A DNA stretch of 64,000 nt. Source: an uncultured Gammaproteobacteria bacterium. GTDB taxonomy: Bacteria > Patescibacteriota > Patescibacteriia > UBA11705 > DATKZF01. Every line of letters begins with the position of its first letter. Positions within the stretch are counted from its first letter, which is position 1. The translations under genes and the position numbers were made by a program. Location of the stretch: contig CAYPKD010000005.1 in assembly GCA_964411255.1 (NCBI GenBank), positions 109,631 to 173,630 on the forward strand, read 5' to 3'. Positions 1 through 9,026 of this stretch are shown piece after piece. Below the pieces are notes generated by a model, which saw only the letters and a program-made list of their open reading frames with translations, did no database searches and had not been told where the DNA came from.

Positions 1-48
1 ATTGTCCCTGTAGATTCATTTCTGCAGGTTTTTTTTTCAAAAAAATTC

Positions 49-738
49 TTAATCAGCATATTGGCGCAGTGATTCTTTAAAAGCAACATATGCATCTTTA
101 TGTTTTTCATATGCTGCACTATCTTGATATTTAATACCGAATACATAGTGCAAATCACTTCCGGTTCCAACCTGTTCTTTGATAGATATAAATGAACGAT
201 AGTATGAGCTGTCTTTTGCTTTTAAAGTAACCCAGCGGACTACTTTGTCACCGTATTGGTCTGTAAGTTCATTTTCTTTTTTTTCTTCTATTTTTTCACT
301 TACTAATTCTTCTGTTGGGGCAATGATTAAATAATTTTTCGGATCTCCTCTCCAAAGCGGTGAATAAATAAAAAATTCAACAGTTCCATCAGGAGAAATA
401 AAGTATGCTTCATCCGTTTGCACATATGTGTTCCCTTTATACTCAGTGGTGGGAGCGTTTGGTTTTGCAGTGAAGTTTTGGGGATATTCAATATCAAACC
501 ATGAACCTCTATAGAGTGTGACTTCAATTTGTGCAGGCTCAGCTTTTGGTGTGGTTTTGCTTTCTGAAGCTGTTTGAGTTTGAGGCTTTTCGACTTTTTG
601 ACTTTCAGGAACTGTTTGAGTTTGAAGTTCTTCGACAGCAGGTGGTAAGGAAGTGATCTGATCTTGTGTTTGGATTTGGCATCCTGTTCCGAGTATAAAA
701 AATACAGAGAGTGATGCCAGTAAAGGTAGTTTATTCAT
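49..738 (-). CDS. Hypothetical lipoprotein
   Basis: 229 aa ORF; hydrophobic signal with lipobox-like LGTGC, Q/P/T-rich linker, globular C-terminal domain. Confidence 0.7.
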   Translation of the reverse strand: MNKLPLLASLSVFFILGTGCQIQTQDQITSLPPAVEELQTQTVPESQKVEKPQTQTASESKTTPKAEPAQIEVTLYRGSWFDIEYPQNFTAKPNAPTTEYKGNTYVQTDEAYFISPDGTVEFFIYSPLWRGDPKNYLIIAPTEELVSEKIEEKKENELTDQYGDKVVRWVTLKAKDSSYYRSFISIKEQVGTGSDLHYVFGIKYQDSAAYEKHKDAYVAFKESLRQYAD

Positions 739-767
739 AGTTTTTTAGTAATATAATAAATTTTTTT

Positions 768-862
768 TTCGTACAACGTTTGCGAGTATTTGATGTACGA
801 ATGAAGTGAGGATATGGGCGCAGGTTTCGTAAGAAACCGCAGCCAGAATGCTGTTTCCAAAA
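768..862 (-). repeat. Possible degenerate attC-like element
   Basis: Intergenic, GC-richer, internal hairpin GGTTTC-GTAA-GAAACC; minus strand ends ...CAAAC GTTGTAC just upstream of the 49..738 gene. Confidence 0.3.
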
Positions 863-864
863 AA

Positions 865-1479
865 TTATACCACAAAAACAAGCTTATCATCTGAAATATC
901 ATCTGAAATATGACAGTCTGGGAATGCAGTTATTGTATAAAATGGGAGTTGTTTTGTTTCAACAATTTGAACAGAAATTGTTTTTGTAAAAGATGTTTCT
1001 ATTCCTGATATAGTATTTACAACAACATCATTTTCTCCGACGCACTTACTTCGGAAAACGCGCTTGATTCGTGCTTTATCTTTTTCGGAAATGTTATCTA
1101 TGAGTAAGCAATTCATTTGGCCAACAGAAAATACGTATTCAAATGTAAATGTCGTAGTTTTATATCCCGTATTGTCAACCCAATGAATTTTGTTATCCAA
1201 TATTAACTCTTGAAACTTAGATTTGATTATTTCCAGAAGCTTTTTAGGATTTTCAATACCAGCGATATTTTTTTCAAATTTAGTGCTAATTGTTTTTAAA
1301 GCATTTTCAATATCAACTTTCGAAATCTTTGAATAAAAAAATCTCTTTTGAGTAAAGTCATAGTACCAGTATGGCTGATTGATTAAAGTTTCTTTATATT
1401 GATTCTCTACAAATTTGAAGTGCCTCAAAATATGAAATTCATTTGTTGGATTGATTTCGTATTTTTTCAGCTTATTCAT
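865..1479 (-). CDS. Hypothetical protein
   Basis: 204 aa ORF, no family recognised. Confidence 0.65.
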   Translation of the reverse strand: MNKLKKYEINPTNEFHILRHFKFVENQYKETLINQPYWYYDFTQKRFFYSKISKVDIENALKTISTKFEKNIAGIENPKKLLEIIKSKFQELILDNKIHWVDNTGYKTTTFTFEYVFSVGQMNCLLIDNISEKDKARIKRVFRSKCVGENDVVVNTISGIETSFTKTISVQIVETKQLPFYTITAFPDCHISDDISDDKLVFVV

Positions 1480-1572
1480 ATTTAAGTTTATTGATATTTA
1501 TAAAATAAGAGTAATTTTTTGGAAATTGCGAATAACTGATTTCTATGCAAAATATTTTGATTTTGCAATGCA

Positions 1573-1601
1573 ATTTTATCAAAATAAAATCTTGCGGTCA
1601 A
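1573..1601 (-). promoter_or_regulatory. Sigma70-type promoter
   Basis: Minus strand TTGACC-17 nt-TAAAAT with TGn extension, directly after a hairpin (AGAGGC/GCCTCT). Confidence 0.55.
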
Positions 1602-1649
1602 AAAAAAGAGGCTTGGCGCCTCTAATTTTTTTAAATAAATTAAGATTTA

Positions 1650-1973
1650 TTAAAAATCTATTTCCTCCATTTTTTCCCCGTATAAAACAAAGTATAGTTC
1701 TTTGATTTCATCAGAAGTCCATCCTTCATAATGACCGCCTCCGCATGGATCATTAGGATCTTTAGCCAGATGAAAAAAATCGTTTTCTAAATCACCAAGA
1801 TGGCGCATGGCATAATTTCCTAGTTGGTTCATTTTGGGGATAAATCGTGATTCCACCCTTTCTTTAACTTTTTCACTAGCTGTTTGAGCACGTTGATGAA
1901 TGGCTTTGACCAACTCGCTTTCTTTTTGCTCTGGCGCCTGAGCGGATGCAGGCATTGTTTTTTCAGAATTCAT
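1650..1973 (-). CDS. Hypothetical protein
   Basis: 107 aa ORF, ATG start, acidic. Confidence 0.6.
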   Translation of the reverse strand: MNSEKTMPASAQAPEQKESELVKAIHQRAQTASEKVKERVESRFIPKMNQLGNYAMRHLGDLENDFFHLAKDPNDPCGGGHYEGWTSDEIKELYFVLYGEKMEEIDF

Positions 1974-2002
1974 AAAGATTTTTGTTTATAATTATAGTTA
2001 AG

Positions 2003-2278
2003 TTATTTTTCGAAAAGTGAAGTTATAATGTGTGGAAATGGTGTTACTCCCTTAAAACACACATGCTTTTTCGAGTAATCTTCGCTGCAAATAGTGCCTT
2101 CCAGTTGCACGGAAAATAGAAGGAAGATTACCAAAAATATCCAGAACAGCACTGTTCGCCATTTTGAAGTAACTCTTTTTCGCATTAAAAATAATATAAG
2201 CGCTAATAATCCAAAAAAGACTCCAAATAAAACAATTGTAATGCCTTTTTGTTCCGGGTAGACTGCTGGAAAAATCAT
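2003..2278 (-). CDS. Small membrane protein (2 TM)
   Basis: 91 aa, two hydrophobic segments; promoter at 2299-2327. Confidence 0.55.
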   Translation of the reverse strand: MIFPAVYPEQKGITIVLFGVFFGLLALILFLMRKRVTSKWRTVLFWIFLVIFLLFSVQLEGTICSEDYSKKHVCFKGVTPFPHIITSLFEK

Positions 2279-2298
2279 ATTTTTAATTTATTATTTTA

Positions 2299-2327
2299 AT
2301 TTTATCAAAATAAAAATTTAAGGTCAA
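2299..2327 (-). promoter_or_regulatory. Sigma70-type promoter
   Basis: Minus strand TTGACC-17 nt-TAAAAT, near copy of 1573-1601. Confidence 0.55.
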
Positions 2328-2382
2328 AAAAACGAGGCCAGGCCCCGCTTTAAGTTGAAAGTTATAAGTTGATAGTTGAAAG

Positions 2383-4635
2383 TTATTCTTTTTCATCTTT
2401 TTTTTCTTTTTCCGCCTTACCAGTATAAGTACACTCTTTATTTGAACATCTGACCGTTCCTTTTGGCCCCAGCACTAGCTGTGATTCACAGTCTGGGCAT
2501 TTTTTATTAACTGGCTTTGACCAAAAGACCTGTTTGCAGTCTGGATAGCTCGAGCAGCCATAAAAAGTCCTGCCTTTTTTAGATTTTCTTTCTATAATGT
2601 CGCCCTTTTTACAGTCTGGACATTTTACCCCGGTCTTTATTAATATTGACTTAATAGTTTTGCATTCAGGATATTTGCTGCAGCCTAAAAATTTTCCATA
2701 CCGGCCGTGCTTGACCTGCATTGGCGCGCCGCATTTTTCACATTTTTCTTTTGTTAATTCCGGTTCTTCAGTTTCAATCTTCCCATCTTTGCCATCAGTC
2801 GAAACAATATTTTTTGTGTTTTTACAATCAGGATAATTTGAACAGGCAAGGAATTTTCCAAATCTTCCCAGTTTAATCACCATTGGCGATTTGCATTTTT
2901 CGCAAATCTCTTCTGTCTTTTCTTCAGTAAGATCCTTCTTTTGAATTTCTTTTTCTTTTTTTTCTAAATTCTTTTTAAATGGCGTATAAAAATCATCAAT
3001 AAGCGGCTGCCATTTCATTTTGCCTTCGGCAATTTTATCTAAGTCTTCCTCCATATGGGCGGTGAAATCATAATCAACAATTTTTGGGAAATGTTCTACT
3101 AAAAGATCATTGACCAAAAAGGCGATGTCTGTTGGTTTTAATTTTTTTTCTTCTTTGTCCACGTAATTTCTATCCTGTATGGTAGAAATTGTTGGTGCAT
3201 AAGTTGAAGGCCGGCCAATACCGCGCTCTTCTAAAGCTTTAACCAATGTTGCTTCACTATATCTGGCTGGCGGCTGGGTGAAATGCTGGATTGGCTCAAT
3301 CTTTTTTGCATCTACTTTATCTTTTTCTTTTAGCTCTGGTAGAATTGTTTCTTTCGTATCAGTTGAATAAACTTTTTGCCAGCCTAAAAATTTAATTTGT
3401 ACGCCATTAGCCCGGAAAGAATATTTATTTTTTTCATCTTCAATGTCCACTGCTGTCTGGTTCAGTTTGACATCTGACATTTGACTGGCTAAAGAGCGTT
3501 CCCAAATTAATTTATAAAGTTTATATTGATTGTTATTTAAAAATGATTTAATTGATTCTGGAGTTCTGTCAGCCTGAGTAGGACGGATAGCTTCATGAGC
3601 TTCTTGGGCGCCTTTTGTTTTTTTATATATCTTGTCTTGTAGCCCAAGATATTCTTTTCCATATTCTTTTTCAATAAAGTTTTTGGCTCCGCTTTTAAAT
3701 TCTTTTGATAAATTTAAAGAGTCAGTTCTCATGTAAGTAATTAAACCAGTAGATCCTTCTGATCCCAATTCAATACCTTCATAAAGCTGCTGAGCAAGCA
3801 TCATGGTTTGTTTGGCTGAAAAATATAATTTTCTGTTTGATTCTTGCTGCAGAGTTGATGTTTTAAATGGAGTAGGGGCTTTCTTTGATGATTCCTTAAG
3901 TTCTACTTTTGCTATTTTATAATTTTGTTTTTGAAGAGTATCTAAAAGTTTGTTTGCCTGTTTTTCATCTTTGATCTCAAGTTTTTTCAAAGTCTTTTGA
4001 TCGATTTTATGCAACTTAGCCTCAAATTCATTTTTTTCTTTTCCAAAGACAGCTTCAATTGTCCAATATTCATCCTGTTTAAAAGCTTTAATCTCCCGTT
4101 CGCGTTCAACAATTAATCTAACCGCTACCGATTGTACCCGGCCAGCTGATAAGCCTCTGGCCACTTTTTTCCAAAGAAAAGGAGACATTTCATAACCTAC
4201 TAATCTGTCTAAAATTCTTCTTGCCTGCTGAGCATCAACTAAACTAAGATCAATTTCTCTCGGACTTTTTATAGCATTTTCAATTGCTGCTTTGGTAATT
4301 TCATGAAAGGTAATTCTTTTTGACTTTTCTTTTTTAGGTTTTAAAATGTGTTCCAAATGCCAGGCAATGGCTTCGCCTTCACGATCTTCATCAGTTGCGA
4401 AATAGATGACATCTGATTTTTTTGCAGCATCTTTCAGCGCAGTTACGGTTTTTTTAGCCTTTGGCGGAATAACATATTTGGGCTCATAATTTTTCTCAGT
4501 GTCAACTCCCATTTTAGTTTTGGGTAGATCACGGATATGACCAAAAGACGACTGAATGTTATATTCAGCTTTTGGCAAAAATTTTGATATAGTTTTTGCT
4601 TTTGTCGGTGACTCGACTATTACTAAATTTTTCAT
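2383..4635 (-). CDS. topA: DNA topoisomerase I
   Basis: TOPRIM LVIVESPTKAK, ATDEDREGE, SAGRVQS, LITYMRTDS (catalytic Tyr), GIGRPSTYA, C-terminal Zn ribbons. Confidence 0.98.
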   Translation of the reverse strand: MKNLVIVESPTKAKTISKFLPKAEYNIQSSFGHIRDLPKTKMGVDTEKNYEPKYVIPPKAKKTVTALKDAAKKSDVIYFATDEDREGEAIAWHLEHILKPKKEKSKRITFHEITKAAIENAIKSPREIDLSLVDAQQARRILDRLVGYEMSPFLWKKVARGLSAGRVQSVAVRLIVEREREIKAFKQDEYWTIEAVFGKEKNEFEAKLHKIDQKTLKKLEIKDEKQANKLLDTLQKQNYKIAKVELKESSKKAPTPFKTSTLQQESNRKLYFSAKQTMMLAQQLYEGIELGSEGSTGLITYMRTDSLNLSKEFKSGAKNFIEKEYGKEYLGLQDKIYKKTKGAQEAHEAIRPTQADRTPESIKSFLNNNQYKLYKLIWERSLASQMSDVKLNQTAVDIEDEKNKYSFRANGVQIKFLGWQKVYSTDTKETILPELKEKDKVDAKKIEPIQHFTQPPARYSEATLVKALEERGIGRPSTYAPTISTIQDRNYVDKEEKKLKPTDIAFLVNDLLVEHFPKIVDYDFTAHMEEDLDKIAEGKMKWQPLIDDFYTPFKKNLEKKEKEIQKKDLTEEKTEEICEKCKSPMVIKLGRFGKFLACSNYPDCKNTKNIVSTDGKDGKIETEEPELTKEKCEKCGAPMQVKHGRYGKFLGCSKYPECKTIKSILIKTGVKCPDCKKGDIIERKSKKGRTFYGCSSYPDCKQVFWSKPVNKKCPDCESQLVLGPKGTVRCSNKECTYTGKAEKEKKDEKE

Positions 4636-4980
4636 AAAATTATGGTTGAAAGTTGTAAGTTGGAGGTTTATTTCATTAGTAAACTTTAATCTTACAACAT
4701 TAATCTGTCAACTTGTTACAAATACTGACATTAATTTAAAAACTTGTCAAATTTTGACAATGTTGATAAATGGGCTACGAATCTATCAATATTCTACAAA
4801 ATTTACGAAAATAAAGTTTTGATAGATACGAATCAAATACAAATTCTATACTATATTTGTATTGTAAAAGTTAGCTTTCGTAGGATTTGTAATATGATTC
4901 GTAGTTTTGTAGTTAATATTGAAAAATTTGAGAATAATGCTAAGCTTTTATCAGAATCCCAGAACAGAAACAGGAGGTGA

Positions 4981-5757
4981 ATGATAATGGGTGAATTAAA
5001 TCCAGAAAAATTTTGGGAAGCTCTTTTCCAATCTGGCCAGGCCCCAGGCGATATATGTGCTATGATTCAAAGTTCAGGATATGACTTGAAATTTATTCGT
5101 GCATTGAAAAAATTCCATATTACGTTTCATCGATTGCGAATAATAAAAAAATTTGTACCCAGGTTTGTAGAATCGGTTGAGAAAAAGTTTTTTGAACAGG
5201 AATTTTCTAATGATCAATTACGATTTATTGCTGAAAACTATCCTGAGTTCAGATATACGGCTTTGCATAGACTTTCAGAACAAAATCCTTCAAAACAAGA
5301 TATGAAATGTCTTTTGCATTACCGGGAGTTTTATAAACTTGATCAAATGGTTGAAAATGTCTTAAAAAATAATCCGACAACTTCAGTTCTTTGTGATATA
5401 TTTATGTATTATCATGAAGCACAGGATAAAATATGGGAAATGTTTAAAGAACGGGGTTTGAATAAATCTATCTTATGTATTGTTATTGCAACATCATTAA
5501 ATAAAGAAATTTTAAGGGAAGCCTTGCAATTATTGTTAGAGGCAGGAATGACTAAAAGGGATTTGTATTTAATGTCGCAATTTAAACTGCTGAGTGCATT
5601 TGAAATAATTAAATTGTTAGTTGAAATGGGATATGAAGAAGAAGATTTTGTAAGAATGTTTGGTCCATTAAGAGAAAGAAAGCCTTATTTAACAGCGATA
5701 AGAGAAGATCCAAAAAATTGGGAATATTATTTATTTATGGAGGTCATAGGAAGCTAA
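4981..5757 (+). CDS. Hypothetical helical protein, SD-led orphan
   Basis: 258 aa ORF preceded by AGGAGGTGA; followed by a terminator hairpin. Confidence 0.7.
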   Translation: MIMGELNPEKFWEALFQSGQAPGDICAMIQSSGYDLKFIRALKKFHITFHRLRIIKKFVPRFVESVEKKFFEQEFSNDQLRFIAENYPEFRYTALHRLSEQNPSKQDMKCLLHYREFYKLDQMVENVLKNNPTTSVLCDIFMYYHEAQDKIWEMFKERGLNKSILCIVIATSLNKEILREALQLLLEAGMTKRDLYLMSQFKLLSAFEIIKLLVEMGYEEEDFVRMFGPLRERKPYLTAIREDPKNWEYYLFMEVIGS

Positions 5758-5770
5758 TAGTTTATAATTT

Positions 5771-5796
5771 GCGGCAATAACAATTGCCGCTTTTTT
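5771..5796 (+). terminator. Intrinsic terminator
   Basis: GCGGCAAT-AACA-ATTGCCGC followed by a T tract, between convergent genes. Confidence 0.7.
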
Positions 5797-7078
5797 AATT
5801 AAAACTTTTCCTTGATTTAAGAATCTGCTCTTCAGAAATCCAGTGTTTTCTGAGTTCACCGCAAAGGTATGTTGAGCCGGTGATTATAAGTGTTTGGCTT
5901 GATTTTAGATTTTGTTTGGCTTTATAAAATGCCTGCCATGGATCTAAAAAAGTTTGGCATTTTACTTTTGGCCAATGCTTTTTTATTATTGAAGAAATTT
6001 TTCTTGGATCAGTGGAATTTCTTTGCTCAATTAAAAAGCGTGTTGCATAAACCTGAGCGTTGAAATTGTCTAATAATGGTTTAAGACATGCTTTGATATC
6101 TTTTGGTGCAGAGAGGGCAAAAATAATATGGAGTTTACCCTCGGGGAAGCAGAGCCTCCCCTCGATACTGGAGTTTTTCAGTTTTTTAGTTAAGTATTTT
6201 AGTTTATCAGGATTGTGTGCTGAGTCTAAAATTATTAAAGGTTTTTTTTGAACAATTTCAAAGTGACAGGGCAGTTTAGCTGTTTGAATTCCTTTTTCAA
6301 TGTATTGATCTTTTATTTTTAAATGTTTGGCAATAGTTGCTGCAAGTTCCTGGTTTGGATTATTTTTGAAGTTAACTTTTATTAGATTAGATTTTGTTTT
6401 TTTTGTTTCGTTTTGAAATATTTTTAATAGTTGTTTTTTTCTCTCAGTGGTAAAACAAATGTTTTTATGAATAATGCCAGCCTTTTCATATGCAATATCT
6501 TTTTGAGTCGGGCCGATTATGTGCAAATGATCTTTTCCAATATTGGTAATGGCTGCAAGGTCGATTCTGCTTAAAGCGTTGGCAGCGTCATAGCGTCCGC
6601 CGCAGCCGACCTCAATTATTATGTAATCGCATTTTTTTTGTTTAAAATAAAGCAAAGCAATTAATAAAAAATTTTCAAAATATGATGGCGCATCAAGTTG
6701 CTGATAACATTTTTCAATGATTGGTTTTGCTTTTTCAACAGTTTGAACAAATTCATTTGGACTTATATATAATTCATTGACTTTGATACGCTCAATCGCA
6801 GTTGTTGGATGTGGTGAAAAGTAAGTGCCCACTTTTTTCCCAGCCTGAGAAAGGATTTGATGCAGAATATTGCAGGTTGTACCTTTACCACTGGTGCCTG
6901 TGACCACAATAATTTTTTTTGCAAACTTTTCCGGATTTCCTGCCAGTTTTAATAAAAGTTTTGCTCTTTGTAAATAGTGTTTTGGATTTTTGGCCCCAGT
7001 AATAGAAGCATCCTGGCGGATGTTGGCCAGGGAAGACAGATATTCAAAGGTTTGGTTGTAATTACCGTATGGATTCAT
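5795..7078 (-). CDS. folC: Folylpolyglutamate synthase/dihydrofolate synthase family
   Basis: VTGTSGKGTT P-loop, SPH..ERI, EVGCGGRYDAAN, ITNIGKDH, EKAGII, LDSAHNP, ITGSTYL. Confidence 0.9.
   Translation of the reverse strand: MNPYGNYNQTFEYLSSLANIRQDASITGAKNPKHYLQRAKLLLKLAGNPEKFAKKIIVVTGTSGKGTTCNILHQILSQAGKKVGTYFSPHPTTAIERIKVNELYISPNEFVQTVEKAKPIIEKCYQQLDAPSYFENFLLIALLYFKQKKCDYIIIEVGCGGRYDAANALSRIDLAAITNIGKDHLHIIGPTQKDIAYEKAGIIHKNICFTTERKKQLLKIFQNETKKTKSNLIKVNFKNNPNQELAATIAKHLKIKDQYIEKGIQTAKLPCHFEIVQKKPLIILDSAHNPDKLKYLTKKLKNSSIEGRLCFPEGKLHIIFALSAPKDIKACLKPLLDNFNAQVYATRFLIEQRNSTDPRKISSIIKKHWPKVKCQTFLDPWQAFYKAKQNLKSSQTLIITGSTYLCGELRKHWISEEQILKSRKSFN
6140..6164 (+). repeat. REP-like palindrome inside folC
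   Basis: CTCGGGGAAGCAGAGCCTCCCCTCG resembles the REPs at 44415-45208 and 60969. Confidence 0.7.
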
Positions 7079-7114
7079 TTATTTAATGGTCATTAGGAAT
7101 ACAAATGACTAAAG

Positions 7115-8209
7115 CTAACTTTTTACGTAATTTTGGTTTCCTAGATTCTTAATCATGCCCTTCATCTCCATTATAATCAGATTTGAATTAATTTCAGAAG
7201 GGGATAAATTTGTCAGCTTTACGATTTTATCAATATGTTTTGGATCAGAATTTAAAATTTCAATGATTTTTTTCTCAATAGGAGAAGACGGTAGTACCTT
7301 TTTATTTTCAGAATATTCTTCAATTTTTTCAATATTTAATTCTTCGAAAATATCCTCGACTGTACAGACAGGTTTTGCACCCTGCTTGATTAAATTATTT
7401 GTACCCTTGCTGGTTTCTACCTGAATTGGTCCTGGAATGGCAAATACTTCTCGGTTCTGCTCCAATGCGTACTTGGCAGTGATTAAGGCGCCTGAGCTTT
7501 CTCCAGCTTCAATCACTAATGTGCCAAGGCTTAAGCCAGAAATAATTCTGTTTCGAGTAGGGAAGTGATGTTTCATTGGAATTGTATTGATGGGATATTC
7601 AGAAATTAAAAGTCCTTCCTGATCCAATATTTTATCAGCCAAATATCTGTTTGAGGTAGGATAAATATTTGCTTTGTCCAGACTTGATCCTAGGACAGCA
7701 ATGGTTTTGCCATTATAGTTTAAGGCATTAGAATGGGCCAGAGTATCTATTCCCAAAGCAAGGCCGCTAACTATTGTTAAATTGTGTTTGACTAAAGGTT
7801 TGATGATTTCAGGTAGAACCTGTTTACCATAATTAGAATATTTGCGGGTGCCGACCACGGCAATTGAATTTGACCTGAGTAAATCAATATTGCCACGGTA
7901 GAAAAGTATTGCCGGTGAATTAAAGGATTGATTTAGAATCTCCGGATAGTTTTTATCTTGATAAACTAAAATATTCAGCTTTTCTTTTTGAAAAAGTTCT
8001 AATTCTTTGTCTGGTGAAATTGATTTGCGTTTAATATCAAACTCTTCTGCGATTTTTTGATCCAGGCCAGCCTCAATCAATTCTGAAATGTGCGCATTGA
8101 ATGCTTCTTTTGAAGTAGGGAAGTAATTTAAAAGTTTTTTAAGCCTGGTAGCCCCGATTTTTGGATATCTGAGAATTGCTAATAGGTATTTGAGCTCATT
8201 TGTTTGCAT
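7115..8209 (-). CDS. dprA: DNA-processing protein DprA
   Basis: AVVGTRK, IVSGLALGID, FPTRNRIISGLS, VIEAGESSGALIT, GTNNLIKQGA, C-terminal winged helix. Confidence 0.97.
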   Translation of the reverse strand: MQTNELKYLLAILRYPKIGATRLKKLLNYFPTSKEAFNAHISELIEAGLDQKIAEEFDIKRKSISPDKELELFQKEKLNILVYQDKNYPEILNQSFNSPAILFYRGNIDLLRSNSIAVVGTRKYSNYGKQVLPEIIKPLVKHNLTIVSGLALGIDTLAHSNALNYNGKTIAVLGSSLDKANIYPTSNRYLADKILDQEGLLISEYPINTIPMKHHFPTRNRIISGLSLGTLVIEAGESSGALITAKYALEQNREVFAIPGPIQVETSKGTNNLIKQGAKPVCTVEDIFEELNIEKIEEYSENKKVLPSSPIEKKIIEILNSDPKHIDKIVKLTNLSPSEINSNLIIMEMKGMIKNLGNQNYVKS

Positions 8210-8320
8210 ATTATATTAAGATATCATATATAAAAGTTAAAAGTCAAAAAGCAAAAGGTAGAAATTTGGAGTCCCTGACGGGACGTTTATATATATTTCA
8301 GAAAAGTTAAAAGTAAATAT

Positions 8321-8349
8321 TTGCCTAAAGAAAAGAAATGATTTAAAAT
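8321..8349 (+). promoter_or_regulatory. Sigma70-type promoter (RNA unit 1)
   Basis: TTGCCT-17 nt-TAAAAT. Confidence 0.5.
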
Positions 8350-8355
8350 ATAGAT

Positions 8356-8469
8356 AGATATAGTTCATCATCCATACAGTACTCAACTGTCTGGAAATGC
8401 CTGCTCTTTCCCTGCCCCCATCCCCGTCATGCGCCCATTAGATAATCTCTAGTGGGCGTCCCTTTTTTT
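8356..8469 (+). ncRNA. Candidate small RNA with C-rich tract
   Basis: Promoter, 5' hairpin ACAGT/ACTGT, C/T-rich tract 8400-8427, terminator GCGCCCATTAG/CTAGTGGGCGT plus T7. Confidence 0.5.
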
Positions 8470-8541
8470 AAGTAAAAAGCAAAATTAAAAAGTAAAAATA
8501 TAGAGTCCCAAATGGGACATTTATTTATAAAATGTGTACTA

Positions 8542-8570
8542 TTGACAAGGCTTTGTTATTGTGATATAAT
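8542..8570 (+). promoter_or_regulatory. Consensus sigma70 promoter (RNA unit 2)
   Basis: TTGACA-17 nt-TATAAT with TGn extended -10. Confidence 0.8.
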
Positions 8571-8575
8571 ATAAT

Positions 8576-8823
8576 TGCTTGGTTCCAAAGACGCTCTGGT
8601 TGTAAAAGCCGAGCAAAAAGGTTTAAACCCAGTTTCTCAGACCCATTTCCGCAAGGAGGTGATGCCATGATTGTGTCTACTTCGTTCGCATCGTGACCGA
8701 GTGCCAGGTACTGGACCTCAGCATGTGCTTATTCAAGCACAAGCAGATTCCTTCAAAAATCCTCAGTAAAAACCTACCATAAAAATAGACCTGTTAGTTC
8801 ATTGCTAGCAGGTCTTGTCTTTT
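8576..8823 (+). ncRNA. Candidate structured RNA or micro-ORF transcript
   Basis: Consensus promoter; several hairpins (GTAA and GCAA loops, GATGC/GCATC, GTGCTT/AAGCAC); terminator AGACCTGTTAG/CTAGCAGGTCT at 8787-8815. Confidence 0.55.
8667..8696 (+). CDS. Possible 9-aa micropeptide MIVSTSFAS
   Basis: ATG preceded by perfect SD AAGGAGGTGAT (8653-8663). Confidence 0.3.
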   Translation: MIVSTSFAS

Positions 8824-8992
8824 AAAAAAAGTAAAAAGCAAAATGCAAAAAGTAAAAATAAAGGAGGCTTTCCAAATATTTTGACTTTTTGAAATTTTCT
8901 GTATAAACTATATACGCTAAGAAAAATTGAAATAAAAAAACATCTAATTTTAGCTAAAAAAAAATACGGAAATTCAGAAAAGCCTGAAAATA

Positions 8993-9021
8993 TTGACAAA
9001 AAATTGTTTATGTGATATAAT
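8993..9021 (+). promoter_or_regulatory. Consensus sigma70 promoter (RNA unit 3)
   Basis: TTGACA-17 nt-TATAAT with TGn, similar to 8542-8570. Confidence 0.8.
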
Positions 9022-9026
9022 GGAAT

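Noticed and set aside
4556-4980. Short TTG-start ORFs in the topA upstream region
   Set aside because: AT-rich divergent promoter region, no RBS or recognisable protein features
8576-8823. tmRNA, RNase P RNA or c-di-GMP riboswitch
   Set aside because: No tRNA-like ends or T-loop, no GAGGAAAGUCC, no GEMM consensus
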